A program made the position numbers and the translations under genes. A stretch of DNA of 64,000 bases, taken from contig NC_043015.1 in the NCBI RefSeq assembly GCF_006345805.1, positions 25,420,001 to 25,484,000 of the forward strand, in the 5' to 3' direction. Below, one piece after another: positions 37,601 to 50,685 of this stretch. This DNA comes from Octopus sinensis (lineage: Eukaryota). Below the pieces are notes generated by a model. That model saw only the letters and a program-made list of their open reading frames with translations, did no database searches and had not been told where the DNA came from. Numbering within the stretch: position 1 is the first letter of the stretch; the number at the start of each line of letters is the position of its first letter.

Positions 37601-37880
37601 GTGATAGCCTGGGTTTCAAAGGTCCACAGCTCTTCAATATCCTCCTGAAGGACCTGAGAGACCTGCATGGGGTGGATGCAGATGTCTTTAAAATAAAACT
37701 GGATCTCTTCCTGTCAGGTGTCCCAGATGAACCAACTTCACGGCAGGAGGTGCAGATGAGGGCAGCTGCATCGAACTCTCTTATGCACCAAATGGAAATT
37801 GCTAAAATCATGTAGCAACACTGAATGGCGGTGCCCCATCATGGGCACAGCTCGTGAGCTGAAACAAGATAAAATATAAA
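34680..37880 (+). mobile_element. CR1-group LINE, near-complete ORF2 plus 3' UTR
   Basis: APE domain (LNIRGL, ALTET, HGGIAMY, YRPP, IGDFN, ILDLCFTN, SDHN) and RT (GPDGF, NYRPISLTS, QHGFRPGRS, YLDFAKAFDKV, SGVPQG, YAYD, DLGIYM) are all in one frame. Confidence 0.96.
34717..37815 (+). pseudogene. CR1 ORF2 (APE+RT) with two premature stops (36802-36804, 37129-37131) and YADD mutated to YAYD
   Basis: Track ORFs 34717-36804, 36808-37131 and 37147-37815 share one frame. Confidence 0.93.
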
Positions 37881-37934
37881 ATATATAAATATAAATATAT
37901 ATATATGTATATATATATGTATATATATATATGT

Positions 37935-38290
37935 ATTGGAACGTTTGGAGATGAGGTACAGGTATTTTATATTAGAAGAAATGAGGTACTCAGAAAATCG
38001 GATGGTTTATATTTACAGATATTTATTTGTATATTACATTTTTTATACATCATATAACTTAGATCATGTATTAGCGCTTTCTCCCATTCTAGTGGGGTTT
38101 TCAAATCGAACTAAGTTCCTGTGTGAAAAGTTTTGACCATTTTATAGTAGTATTGAGTTTGTACTGGTGGGGAGGGATATCAGACAGTACAAGAGGGTGA
38201 TGGATGAGGAGAATGTGAGAGAGAGAGCACGTGTGTGTGTGTGTGTGTTTTTGTATTTGGAATGAGTGCTAAAGAAAAAGAGGGGAAGGG
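37935..38290. repeat. Unclassified interspersed repeat, copy 2
   Basis: Colinear with 20849-21250. Confidence 0.85.
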
Positions 38291-38479
38291 AGAGGGAAGA
38301 AGAAGAAAATAATTTTTTTGCTCTGCTGGACAGCATGCTTACTCCAAGATCTTGGGGGAAAAGAATTTCAGTTTTGACCATTTCATAGTGTTATTGAGTG
38401 TGTGGTGGCGGGGAGGTAGACCATAAATTATATTTCTTTTTATCATTGTGAGAGAGCGTGTGTGTGTGTGTGTGGTTAA

Positions 38480-38632
38480 TATATATCATCATCATCATCG
38501 TTTAACATCCGCTTTCCGCGCTAGCACAGGTTGGACGGTTCGACCGGGGTCTGGGAAGCCAGGGGCTGCACCGGGCTCCAGTCTGATCTGGCAGTGTTTC
38601 TACAGCTGGATGCCCTTCCTAACGCCAACAAC
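38480..38632 (-). mobile_element. RTE 3'-end fragment
   Basis: catcatcatcgtttaacatccgctttcc...gatgcccttcctaacgccaac. Confidence 0.88.
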
Positions 38633-38728
38633 ATATAGGTATATATATATGTGTGTGTGTGTGTATATATATATATGTATATATGTATATATATATGTAT
38701 ATATATATTTATATGTATATATATATAT

Positions 38729-38759
<31 letters not shown>

Positions 38760-38768
<9 letters not shown>

Positions 38769-39446
38769 AAACAAGTCAAAAATAGAAAATGCTAAGATAA
38801 TTTTATAGTGAATCCTTCAGTACCGGTTTCGGTCATTTTGAGACCTTTTCAACTGTAATGATTAAATAATTAAATTTAGAAAAATTAGAAGAAAAGTTTT
38901 TTTAAAGAAATATTTCTATAGTAGTGTTCAGATATAAGTGGCATTCTGCCTTTCTCTGACTCCCTTGTTTGCACTTGTGTGTTCGAGGTCGTTGTGAGTT
39001 CTTGGTAGGGTAGGAGAAGCAGAAGTCTGATGTGGAGAGGGGGTGGGGAAATCTGGGAATGCCTTGATGGTCGTATTTTGAATGGTCAGTGGCGGACAGC
39101 AGTCGCAGTTCAATTCAGGAATTGTTTATGGAATTTGCGTAGGCGTTATACTGAAAGGCATTAGTGACAAGGTTAAGGGGTAGAAGGTGGAGAAGTAGAA
39201 GAAGAAGAAGATGACGACCTCGAACACACAAGTGCAAACAAGGGAGTCAGAGAAAGGCAGAATGCCACTTATATCTGAACACTACTATAGAAATATTTCT
39301 TTAAAAAAACTTTTCTTCTAATTTTTCTAAATTTAATTATTTAATCGTTACAGTTGAAAAGGTCTCAAAATGACCGAAACCGGTACTGAAAGATTCACTA
39401 TAAAATTATCTTAGCATTTTCTATTTTTGACTTGTTTTTTCATATA
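38760..39446. repeat. Inverted-repeat cassette (arms ~38760-38992 and ~39214-39446, ~220-nt spacer), PLE pseudo-LTR-like, between TA-rich microsatellites
   Basis: gaaaaaacaagtcaaaaatagaaaatgctaag...gtgtgttcgaggtcgt is mirrored by acgacctcgaacacac...cttagcattttctatttttgacttgttttttc. Confidence 0.92.
39351..39388 (+). ncRNA. Minimal type I hammerhead with U3:A8 covariant core (mirror copy on minus strand at ~38818-38855)
   Basis: cag-TTGAAAA-ggtc(tcaaaat)gacc-GAAAC-cg-GTA-ctg; palindromic stem III ACCGGT; both arms carry the same UUGAAAA. Confidence 0.72.
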
Positions 39447-39487
39447 TATCAACTCGTGTGTTCCTTTCCACCCTTATACATATATAT

Positions 39488-39534
<47 letters not shown>

Positions 39535-39588
39535 ATATGTATATGTATATATATATTGTATATATTTATATATATATATATATGTATA

Positions 39589-39634
<46 letters not shown>

Positions 39635-39729
39635 AATATATGTATATATATATATGTAATATGTATATATATATATATGTATATATGTATATATATTTAT
39701 TTATATGTATATATATGCATATGATGATG

Positions 39730-39787
<58 letters not shown>

Positions 39788-39814
39788 CCTGAACTAATCT
39801 GCATTTTTTTTTTA

Positions 39815-40068
39815 TTGAGTTGGACTCAATCTACAGATGGGCTGAGGATAATAATATGCAGTTTAATGCTGAAAAATTCCAGGCCCTGTGCTACCAGCAT
39901 AACAAAAATAAATTTTAAACTTACAGGGTACACCGGTCCACAGGGAATTTCAATCCCAGAGCCTAAGTCTGTGAGGGACCTGGGTATCGACATGAGTGAG
40001 GATACCTCTTTCCAAGTGCACATTACCTGGATGGCGACAAAGTGCAGACACCTGGCTGGATGGATCTG
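39815..40068 (+). mobile_element. CR1-group LINE fragment (post-RT region)
   Basis: [24 protein letters not shown]...IPEPKSVRDLGIDMSED, homologous to ~36975-37230. Confidence 0.88.
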
Positions 40069-40156
40069 TAGCAATATTGCTATCTTCATTGCTATCTTCA
40101 CTGTTTGAGAAAAACATTAGGAATGATCTCGTTTGAGATTACAAACATCTTTGGCT

Positions 40157-40300
40157 AACTTAACGGTTCGGCAAAAGAGACCGGTAGAATAAGTACTAGG
40201 CTTACAAAGAATAAGTCCTGGGGTTGATTTGTTCGACTAAAGGCAGTGCTCCAGCATGGCCACAGTCAAATGACTGAAACAAGTAAAAGAGTAAAAGAGT
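40157..40300 (+). mobile_element. 3' half of the main SINE
   Basis: cggttcggcaaaagagaccggtagaataagtactagg...ctccagcatggccacagtcaaatgactgaaacaagtaaaagag. Confidence 0.9.
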
Positions 40301-41269
40301 AATATGTAAATTACATACAAATGTATGTACATTCATACATACATACCTATGCAATAGAAAATATGTACGACTGTATAGTTGAGCAGTTTGTTTTACAATC
40401 ACATTGACCTTAGACCCATATTCGTTGTTACTGAACCTTGTCCAAAGGTCTTCCACTGTAGCCACCAGTCACCCAACCAAAACCATGTCTTTGAAATATT
40501 TGAAGAAGGATATATTTGTAACAGAATATAGATTCCAGCCGTATAAAATCACCCTCAATAATGTTTTTGCTTGACCCATTCAACCATGAAAGCAAAGAAT
40601 GATATGAGGACTTGTGCTTTACCATTTCACTATATCCCAAATCAGCCAATGTGAAAAGAAGCCTCACTCCACATCAAATCCCATTCAGTTTTGTCTGCGA
40701 GCTGCTATAGCCTCACCACTTAGAAGCAAACTTCTGAACAATACGATGAGTTTCTTTTTTTCGTTTCTATTTTTTGTGCATGTGAGCAAATTTCAGTCAT
40801 GCTGTTGATACAGATTTATGAATTCTATGACATGTATTTAGAATTGTTACATTTTTTATCATCTTTGAAACCAAACCAAATAGCACATATAACCACCTTG
40901 TCTTGAGGAGCAGCAGATTAGAATGGAAGATGACTGAGGTTAAGATGTCTTGTCCAAACTATTCCAAGGATATAAATGATAATTTTGGGAAACAAAACCC
41001 CACAGAATTGGACATTACAATATTGTACAGAAATAAATATATGCACTCACCCACATGCACACACATTGAAATGTATGTATAGTAAGTGTTTGTGTGGAAC
41101 TTTGTACATAAAAAAAACATTTCTTTATTCTTTAACATCAAATTTACACCTTGCCTATCAATATACTTAAAAGTGGTCCAGTTTTCCTGCCTGTTGATGA
41201 CTTAGGCAAAAGATTAAAGGAGATTACATCATAAGGTAATACTCTTATCTTGTTGCTGATGATGTATGA

Positions 41270-41548
41270 TCTGGCACTGCAAAGCACCTTGGGAAAGGGT
41301 CTTTGCATATAACTGTGAGCCAACCAAAGCCTCGTGAGTAGATTTAGTAGATGGAAACTGAAAGAAGCCTTTCATATATGTGTATGTGCTTGCACCTCAT
41401 CATTTTGACATCATGCGATAGTTGTAAATGTGTGTCAGACCAAGTGTATAAAAAGAAACACTTGCCCAAGCAGCCATGCAGGAGGATTGAACCTGAAACT
41501 ATGTAGTTTGGAAGCAAACTTATTAACCACAAAGCCATGCTTGCACCT
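41270..41548. mobile_element. Two SINE pieces in opposite orientation (core on +, tRNA head on -)
   Basis: gcaccttgggaaagggtc...ggaaactgaaagaagcc on +; reverse complement of the head (ggctttgtggtt...ggttcaatcc) at ~41455-41548. Confidence 0.75.
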
Positions 41549-42037
41549 TCCTTTCTAGGATGTGATTTGAGTAAGTTTGATTACTATTTCAAGCAAGTCT
41601 ACAACCTGACAGTGTCATCATCTTTGACTCTTGTTGATATTCTTGTGATTTAAACTCCAGGTTAGCCCTGATCTCAGCAAATATAGGATCAATGTCTCTC
41701 CATCCATGGCCATCATGTTATTTTGCCTACACGTGAATATATTATCTGTATTTTCTTCTCTAAGATTGTAGGATATAATTTGAGAGAGATTTGGCTACCA
41801 TTTTGAACATTCCTTTGTTGGTAAGATGCAAAACAAAGAACAATCATTCATTCAACTCACAAGAAATAACAGACAAATTCCCATTATAAATCTCACAATA
41901 CTGTCTGAAGAATACAGGACACGTTAGATAATGTAATCCACGATATATTATGTGTGGAAAAACAAAAATGTGAAGGTTATGGTTAGAATGCCATTAATCA
42001 AAGAACTAGCCTAAATTTAAACAACAACAACAACAGT

Positions 42038-42432
42038 AGGCGCAGGAGTGGCTGTGTGGTAAGTAGCTTGTTTACCAACCACATGGTTCTGGGTTCAGTC
42101 CCACTGTGTGGCACCTTGGGCAAGTGTCTTCTACTATAGCCTCGGGCCGACCAAAGCCTTGTGAGTGGATTTGGTAAATGGAAACTGAAAAGAAGCCTGT
42201 CGTATATATGTAGATATATATATGCATGTGTGTGTTTGTGTGTCTGTAACCGCTGCTGGTGTGTTTATGTCCCCATTACTTAGCGGTTCAGCAAAAGAGA
42301 CCGATAGAGTAAGTACTGGGCTTACAAAAGAATAAGTCCCTGGGTCGAGTTGCTCGATTAAAGGCGGTGCTCCAGCATGGCCGCAGTCAAATGACTGAAA
42401 CAAGTAAAAGAGTAAAAAGAGAGTAAAGAGTA
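42038..42432 (+). mobile_element. Full-length tRNA-derived SINE (main octopus-type family)
   Basis: A-box-like tggctgtgtggtaag, B-box-like ggttcagtccc, core ccttgggcaagtgtcttctactatagcctcgggccgaccaaagcc, internal TA/TG repeat, tail ggcggtgctccagcatggccgcagtcaaatgactgaaacaag(taaaagag)n. Confidence 0.92.
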
Positions 42433-43079
42433 TGAGGAATACAAACTATGATTCTCTCAGTTGGTCACAAGGAAACTCATTAATTCATTCCCATTCTCAA
42501 CAATTATAGAGTTGTGATTATATTTGATTAACTACACACAGTCTCCTTGGTGTGCTTTGACTGTGTTCCTAGTGAAAAGAAATCCAAGCAGATAATAACT
42601 TCATTATCCAGTGCCTTCTTAATTTCAAGAAGCACATTGAGAAAAGGCTCCCAGATTACTATGTGATAGTGTACAAATGCATTGGAATGTAGTCTACATT
42701 ATTGTAATAATTGTTTAACATAGAATGCTCTGTAAGGATATTGTGCAATGTAAGTTATGTATTTGGTAATCAAATATTTCATTGTTGCCTACCAGAACAT
42801 TCTGTGGAAGTTAAGTGAGTTGGTTCCACAATGGTCTTAAATTTCATAATTATTGCTCATTCTAGAGGAGCTAAGTGAGTTGTTTGCACAATGCTCTTAA
42901 ATTTTACAAGCATTCTTGAACACCATTCTCCTCCAGATCATATTGAAAACTTATCTGTCTGTCTGTTTGTCTGACCGGCTCTTTCTCTACCTTCCTCTGT
43001 TTTTGAATTTGATCAAATCGACTTCAACTCTCACAAACTTTTCCTCTCTTTGACTTTACTCAGATTTTCTAAGAATCGA

Positions 43080-43081
43080 AC

Positions 43082-43122
<41 letters not shown>

Positions 43123-43123
43123 T

Positions 43124-43189
<66 letters not shown>

Positions 43190-43282
43190 CCTACCTACCT
43201 ACCTACCTACCTACCTACCTACCTACCTAACTAACTATCTATCTATCTATCTACCTACCTACCTACCTACCTACCTACCTAC

Positions 43283-43334
<52 letters not shown>

Positions 43335-43335
43335 A
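43080..43335. repeat. Compound microsatellite (CT)n-(ATCT)n-(ACCT)n-(ATCT)n
   Basis: Read directly from the sequence. Confidence 0.97.
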
Positions 43336-44329
43336 TTCTTCCTTCACTTTCCTACCTACTCTTTCTGTCTCTCCCTCTCTTTCTCTGGCTCTTAGCCTCT
43401 GCTCATATGTCTTTTAAAGTTCAAAGTGTTTTGTTCTTTTTATTTTCCTCCCTTCTCACTCTCTCCTATTTCTTTCCATTTCCTTTCATCCCATCCTCTT
43501 CCTCTCTCTCTCCATCCCCTTTCCCTCTTTGCAGCTCCCCAATCCACCCTCCAATTTTTACACAGGCACTGAAAACTAATCCTTCATATATTTTTCTCTT
43601 TCAAAAGTTACCTCCCACTCAAAACAACTTTTGTCCATGTCCATCTCTTTATATTTCTAGGGATTTCACCCCTTAGACCAAGCAGGGCACTATTTTCAAT
43701 GGCTTAGTTTGCTAATGATTATTTCGCTGACCCTATAAAAGCTACCTAGCTGGGAACTGAACTCAGAACAAAGAACTGTAGCCTGGTACAATAAGGGATT
43801 TTTTCTCATACTCTACTGATTGTGTAATATACTTCCAAATATACATCTGTACATACATATGTGCATATACACATGTACATATGCACAAATACAATAGATG
43901 AAGACAGAGAGAGGGATAATTAATATATATATATGTTTACACACAGCGGTAAAGTCAACAAGAAAAGTACTGCACTCACTGAGAAATAAATATTATTTGA
44001 TAAACACAGCATTTAAATGTGAGCTTACTATAAGATTCATGCTCCAATGGTATAATAACCAGACAAGCCTGTATAGCTTGTATAGTAGCTCACATTTAAA
44101 TCCTGTGTTTATTAAAAACAAGATTATATATATATATATATTTATTTAAATGTACATGCTCACAATAACACACACACACACACACGCACACACACACACA
44201 CGTGCGCACACACATGCGTGCACACACACGCGCGCACACACACGCGCGCACACACACGCGTGCACACACACACACACATATATATACACACACAATTATC
44301 ATATATACATACATACATACATACATACA

Positions 44330-44376
<47 letters not shown>

Positions 44377-44562
44377 TTACACTCCAAAAAAGATAAGGAG
44401 TAGAATAGATAAAATACAGACTGCAAATGTTTCATAACAAGCTGAAGTTTGTTACCTAAGAAGTAATGAACATAAATCAGCTTAGCTAATCTTCAGGTCT
44501 TAGTTACTTGATAGTATCTTTTTCCTGTGACAATCTGTATAATCTCTCTCTCTCTCTCTCTC

Positions 44563-44605
<43 letters not shown>

Positions 44606-44607
<2 letters not shown>

Positions 44608-46110
44608 CTTGTGTAAACTTGGTTGTCCAACACATTTTGTGAGCATTTTTAAGGAACTACACAGAAACATGAAAGCTCAGGTAGTCTTTAATGGTGATCT
44701 ATCTCATGAATTTTGGGTGGACAATGGTGTCAAACAGGGAGTTATTCCTTGCCCCATACACTTTTCTCTATTTATTTTCTTGCATTCCTTTGGTATACTT
44801 TCAAGGATTGCAAAAGAGGAATCGGAATCAGATTTCGAACATCTGGTCACATCTTTAATTTGACCCAGTTTAATTGCAAATCATAGACTTTCAAAATACT
44901 TGTTAGAGAATTAGTTTATGCCGATGATGCTGATTTGTTGGCACACTCAGAGTGATGATATGCAATATTTAATGGACAGATGTTCCACTGTATGTGTACA
45001 ATTTTAAATTCACAACTAGTTTGGAGAAAACCAAAGTAATGTTTACTGCCATGTGAATGGAACAAGGTTAGAAGTTGTTAACATCTTTGTTTACCTAGGA
45101 AACACACTATCAATAGATGGTAATCTCAAGGGAAGTGTTGCATTTTGAAAGCTCAAAAAGTGAGTATGGGTGGATAGAGGTATTTCCCTCTAGACAAATA
45201 TCAGTATCTGTAAAGCGTGTGTATTGTCTGCATTTCTTTATTCAAGTGAGACATGGACCACTTAGAAGTGTCATATAAAAATGCTGGAGAGATTTCATCA
45301 AAAGTACCTCAGATGTATCTTAGGAGTCAAGTGGGAATGTTTCATACCAGATACAGAAGTTTTTCACATGGCACATTGCAGCTCAATTGAATAACATGTT
45401 GTCTTGGCTCAAATTTGATGGACTGGACATGTTAAGAGAATGAAAGGTGAGCGATTGCCTAAGCATCATTTTTATGGTGAGCTCAACTCTGGTAAGTGAC
45501 TACAACATAAGCCGAGGAAACAATATAAAGACAGCATGAAGGAAAACCTGAAGAAAATAGATATGAACAAAAGTGATTGAGAAAATGATGCTCTAGATCA
45601 GAACAAGTGGAGAGGTTCTGTTATGATTGGTTGCAATGCCTGGGAGGAAAAGATGATTCAGCACTCTGAGCTTAAAAGGGCCTCTCGCAAAGGGACAATT
45701 GGAACTGTAATCAACAGTGAACATTGGATGTGTATTATATGTGATCGTGTTCTGTTCAGGATACGTGAATCATATGAAGTCACAGAAAAATTGTAATGCC
45801 CAGATAAGTAATGATCTTGGATACCAAGCACCTTTCACAACTTGTATTATATGTCACAAAGCTTGTAAGACAATATCTGGACTTAAAAGACATGCTAGTT
45901 CAAAAAAATTCATTCAGAATCAGATTTCAAAGGACAAAGATATAGAAGAAAATTGAATAATATCTGTCATTTGTGTTTTAAACCCTGTCAGTCAGCAGCT
46001 GGTCTTAAAAGTCATCTAAGGTTTCATCAACGGAGTGATTGTGCTGTGTGATGGGTTGTGGTGTGTGTGTTGATGGAACGGCTATCATCTGTGAAGATGA
46101 AACAATCATC
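44606..46110 (+). mobile_element. Degenerate RTE-clade LINE of a second family, with C-terminal zinc-finger repeats
   Basis: KLGCP..F, NGVKQG, ELVYADDADL.AHSE, LEKTKVM, FVYLGNTLS, YSSETWT, RWTGHV.RM...RLPK..FYGEL, then CxxC..GL..H motifs. Confidence 0.85.
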
Positions 46111-46214
46111 ATATATATATGTATATATATATATATATATATATTGTATGTATGTATGTAGAAATGTATGTATGTATGTATGTGTGTATGTATGTATGTC
46201 TGTATGTATATGTA

Positions 46215-46422
46215 CACCTGACTAGCTTCCATGCTGGTGGCACATAAAAAGCACCCACTACACTCTTGGAGAAGTTGGTGTTAGGAAGAGCGTCCAGCTG
46301 TAAAAACCTTGTCAAATCAGATTGGAGCCTGGTGCAGCCTCCCAGCTTGCCATTCTTCAGTCAAACCATCCAACTCATACCAGCATGGTAAGTGGAAGTT
46401 AAACAACAATGATGATGATGAT
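46215..46422 (+). mobile_element. RTE 3'-end fragment (diverged)
   Basis: ggtggcacataaaaagcacccactacactc...ggaagttaaacaacaatgatgatgatg. Confidence 0.85.
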
Positions 46423-46449
46423 ATATATAGTATCTGCTTTCTTGCATAT

Positions 46450-46870
46450 GCGCAAAACCATTGCTAGAAAGAATCATTTAAATGAGTCAACGAGGATGCA
46501 ATATGAGGCCCTTGTATGACGCTTAAGCCCAACCAAAGATCTGCAATTTCTATTGTCTGATGCACAGCTGTACAGGCTGGTAGAAGGCACACGAAGTTGC
46601 AAAGCAAACTTGTAAACCCTGCAGCCAAAACTACACCAATATCTGTTGCTTCTTTGCATAATTAGTCTTCAAGGATATTCTTTGGTTAAAAACATATTTT
46701 CTTTGGTTCATTTTCTTCAGGACTTTTACTGTTATCATCCATGAATATCCTGTCCTTCTTTGATTTTCTTATCCTCTCATCCTTACCCTGGCAACTCCAT
46801 GCTGCAGATATGGCCATGTTGAGCAATTTGGTCATTGGTGCCAAAACTGCTCCAGCAACATCCAATCATG
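46450..46870 (-). mobile_element. Possible RTE C-terminal relic
   Basis: Minus strand: CASDNRNCRSLVGLKRHTR resembles the RTE terminal zinc-finger motif; weak. Confidence 0.4.
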
Positions 46871-47014
46871 AAGGGATTCAATGTGTTTATATTTTTACTC
46901 TTTTTCCTGAAAAATTCTTTGTTCAACTTCTGTACTACCTTTTGAAATATATGAGAGCAGGCTTGTGTGTGTGTGTATATATATATAAGTATGTATGTAT
47001 ATATATAATATATG

Positions 47015-47059
<45 letters not shown>

Positions 47060-47233
47060 TTATATATGTATGTATAATATGTATGTATGTATGTTTGTAT
47101 ACACACACACACACACATATATTATATGTATATATATATATTATATATTATATTTCATTCCTCACATAACTCATAATTCTTTACCCTAATTGCTATACAA
47201 GGTATATTCCTTAATAAATAAATGTGTGACTCT

Positions 47234-47278
<45 letters not shown>

Positions 47279-47628
47279 ATATATATATATGCATACAACA
47301 AACCATTACGTGATTATTTTTAGCTCTTCCCATTAGGAAACTTTCAATTTACTGCCTTTGCAAGCATATTTTATGTTTTGCCATGTGAAATTTTTTAAAG
47401 CCATACTTACAATTATATATTGCAGTTCATACGATTTGGTTTGCAGTTTCTTACACTTTTTGGTTTTATATCTCAAACAATAAATATTTAGAAGTAGAAA
47501 AACTTGAGAAAAACCATCAATAATTGAAATGAGAAATGTTGCAGGGGGAGGGAGGGGAGGAAAAAGGTCTTTTCTAAATTACAATTATTGTCCTTAACGA
47601 TTTAGGCCTTGTGGCTAATAAAAATCAT

Positions 47629-47660
<32 letters not shown>

Positions 47661-48212
47661 CTTTTATAATTATTATTATCAGTATTTCCCTCATTTCTAA
47701 TATTTGTTTTGCTGTTATCACTCCTTTCTTTTCCTTCACCATCACCATCATCATTATATTCACTATGATCTGCTTTGCAGTTGGCATCATCATCATCATT
47801 ACACTAATTTCATCATCAGCCTTGTTACCAACATCATCATCATCGTCGTCATCATCACCATGTTCTTACTCCTAGACCTCTTTATCTCCATCTTCCAACT
47901 GCACTTTTCAGTTTCTGTGGGGTTTTTTATCAAACATTGATTTAGTTGATTTCAATTTTGTTTTAGAACAAACTGTACAAAAAGTATTTACATCTTAATA
48001 TAAATATATATATGTCTGTGCATATATGTCTGTGCATATGTGTGTGTATTGTGTGTGCGTTTTGATTATGTGTTTGGTACTGTATTTATCAATAATATTT
48101 CTACTATATATATATACATATATATATACACATATATATGTATATGCATATATATACACATATATGTATATACATATTTATACACACACACACATATATG
48201 TATATATGTATG

Positions 48213-48295
<83 letters not shown>

Positions 48296-48932
48296 TATAT
48301 GTATGTATGTATGTATATATATTATATATATATATGTATGTATGTATGTATATATATATATATGGGTGTGCAAGTTTTTGTTTATTTATGTATTTCAGCA
48401 TTTTGTAAAGCAGTTCTATTTCAAGGAGGAAAACAAATAGCAAATATGAAAGAAAGCATCAATTATCAAAGCTAAATTTGAACGTCTCTTTGACACCTAT
48501 ATCAATAAAGAAATGTATTTGTTTATACATAGTTACACACACACGTGTGCATAAATGTAAATACATATTTACATATATGTATATAGACACGCATATATAC
48601 AAAACATATATGTACATTCACACAAGCCCACAAATGTATGACACACACACACATATGATGACGTACATGCACACACATTATTACATACATGCATACATAT
48701 ACATATAAACACACACACAAATATATGAGTATGTATTGTATTATATATGTATAAGGGGTAAATATAAACACATGTAAACACATGCATGCAATCACATGTA
48801 CCCTTGCATGCACACCCTTGTACACATGGATATGGATGCACGCATAAATATATACATACATTTATAGACAAACATGCATACATATGTAAGCAATCATGCA
48901 TTTGGACACACATACATACATTTATACAAGTA

Positions 48933-48975
<43 letters not shown>

Positions 48976-50529
48976 CAATTATGCATACATACATATATAG
49001 GGACACACACATACATATACAACATATACACACACTCACACATACAGATGTACAAGTGTGTATGTATTGTGTAAAATATGGGTAAATACACATACACACA
49101 TGTATATAAGGATATGCATGCAGACACACTCACACCTACTCATGTAAGCACACACATGCATTTATAGACATATACATGCATTCATTTATATAAATACCTA
49201 CATTTAAACATGTATACATATTCATACATACAATCATGTTTTTGCTTTGATACACATATAAATCAAACCATCATGTGTATTGTACACAGCAGCTTACGTA
49301 GGTTCTAACTTCCTTTCCCTTATACAATTGCTAGTGTAGTCTCTCTCTTCTAATAGGAAATATAAATTTAAAAATAGGAAATATAACATGAAAAAACGAT
49401 ATGCAAGTTTTTGTTTTGAATCTATTGTTTTGGAAAGTTGATATAAATATTATTTCTGTATATTCCTGCATTTCCTTCTCAGTTTAGCAAGTAGAATTCT
49501 TGGTTCTCACTTGAACCTCTCACCCAATTGCCAGCATAGCCACGTGCATACACAGACACACACATGCATCTGTGTATGTGTGTGTATACTTAGTGTTGTC
49601 TGTCTGAAAAAGGAGTACTTAATACCATAGTAGAGAGTAGTGATATTCATAATCTGGCCTTGTCAGTCTCCTACTTCTCTAGAGTTTCAGACAAGTTATG
49701 ACTATTTTGTAACATGTCTGAAATCCCTGTGCACCCACAGGCAAAACAGTGGAACAAGAGACTTCCCTGCATGATGTTCCACTAATTTCATAGTCAAGTT
49801 AATTACACATAGAATAAAAGCAAACAGAGCACAATAAATGAAATTAATTTTCAAAATTGAAGCACAATGCAAAGGAATATGGTATTTGAATAATGCGTTA
49901 TGCTCATCAAGACATTTCTAATGTCTTTTAGTAGGCATCTGTGAGGGGCACGAAGACAATTGTTTGTAGTGAGATCAATAGTTTTTTAACAACCAAAATT
50001 ATTTGACTACATGTTCTGATGTTCTGGGACTTCTTATCAAATAGCCATCAATAAATGGCAAATGAGTATAAGTTTTCAATAATTATATTATAATTTTTTC
50101 ATTAATGTATTACAATCATAATATATTCATAATGACTATACATTTTCTGTAAGTCTTGTAACCATTTCTTCCCTAAAATGTTTTAAATATATAGTTATGC
50201 TGATAAGCTCAATATTCAAAGTGGATTGGTGTCATATCTACATAACCATTGTCATTTTAATTTATATTTGATGTGACATTGGTTGCCTATTCTATATAAT
50301 GAAGTTCCCTTTAATTGGACGTTAATTTGTGAGTGGGAATTGTATTTTCTTAAATCACTCTTAGTCAAGGATTAGCCATGGATTTAACGATATTAATGAA
50401 TTTCACAAATGTACAGAAGCTACTTTTAAGCAAGATGCTATTAAAAGTTTTACTGTAGTTTTATCTATGAAGTGGTTTCTGTTTGGTGTAACTACATTTA
50501 TCAAAACTGGAGGATTATATCACATGGTC

Positions 50530-50685
50530 TTTCTCAAACACACACATACGTGCATGTGCACACACACATACGTGCATGTGCACACACACATACGTGCATG
50601 TGCACACACACATACGTGCATGTGCACACACACACATGTGCATGTATGTGTGTGTGCATATGCACACACATGTGCATGTATGTGT
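50530..50685. repeat. 22-bp minisatellite (cacacacatacgtgcatgtgca)n
   Basis: About four near-perfect units followed by degenerate ones. Confidence 0.9.

Noticed and set aside
42038-42115. tRNA gene suggested by A/B boxes
   Set aside because: It is the tRNA-derived head of a SINE continuous with core and tail; no full cloverleaf.
42530-42680. Minus-strand open stretch IVIWEPFLNVLLEIKKALDNEVIICLDFF as a host exon
   Set aside because: It resembles a decayed LINE RT motif (ALD...LDF) as much as a host protein; unsupported either way.
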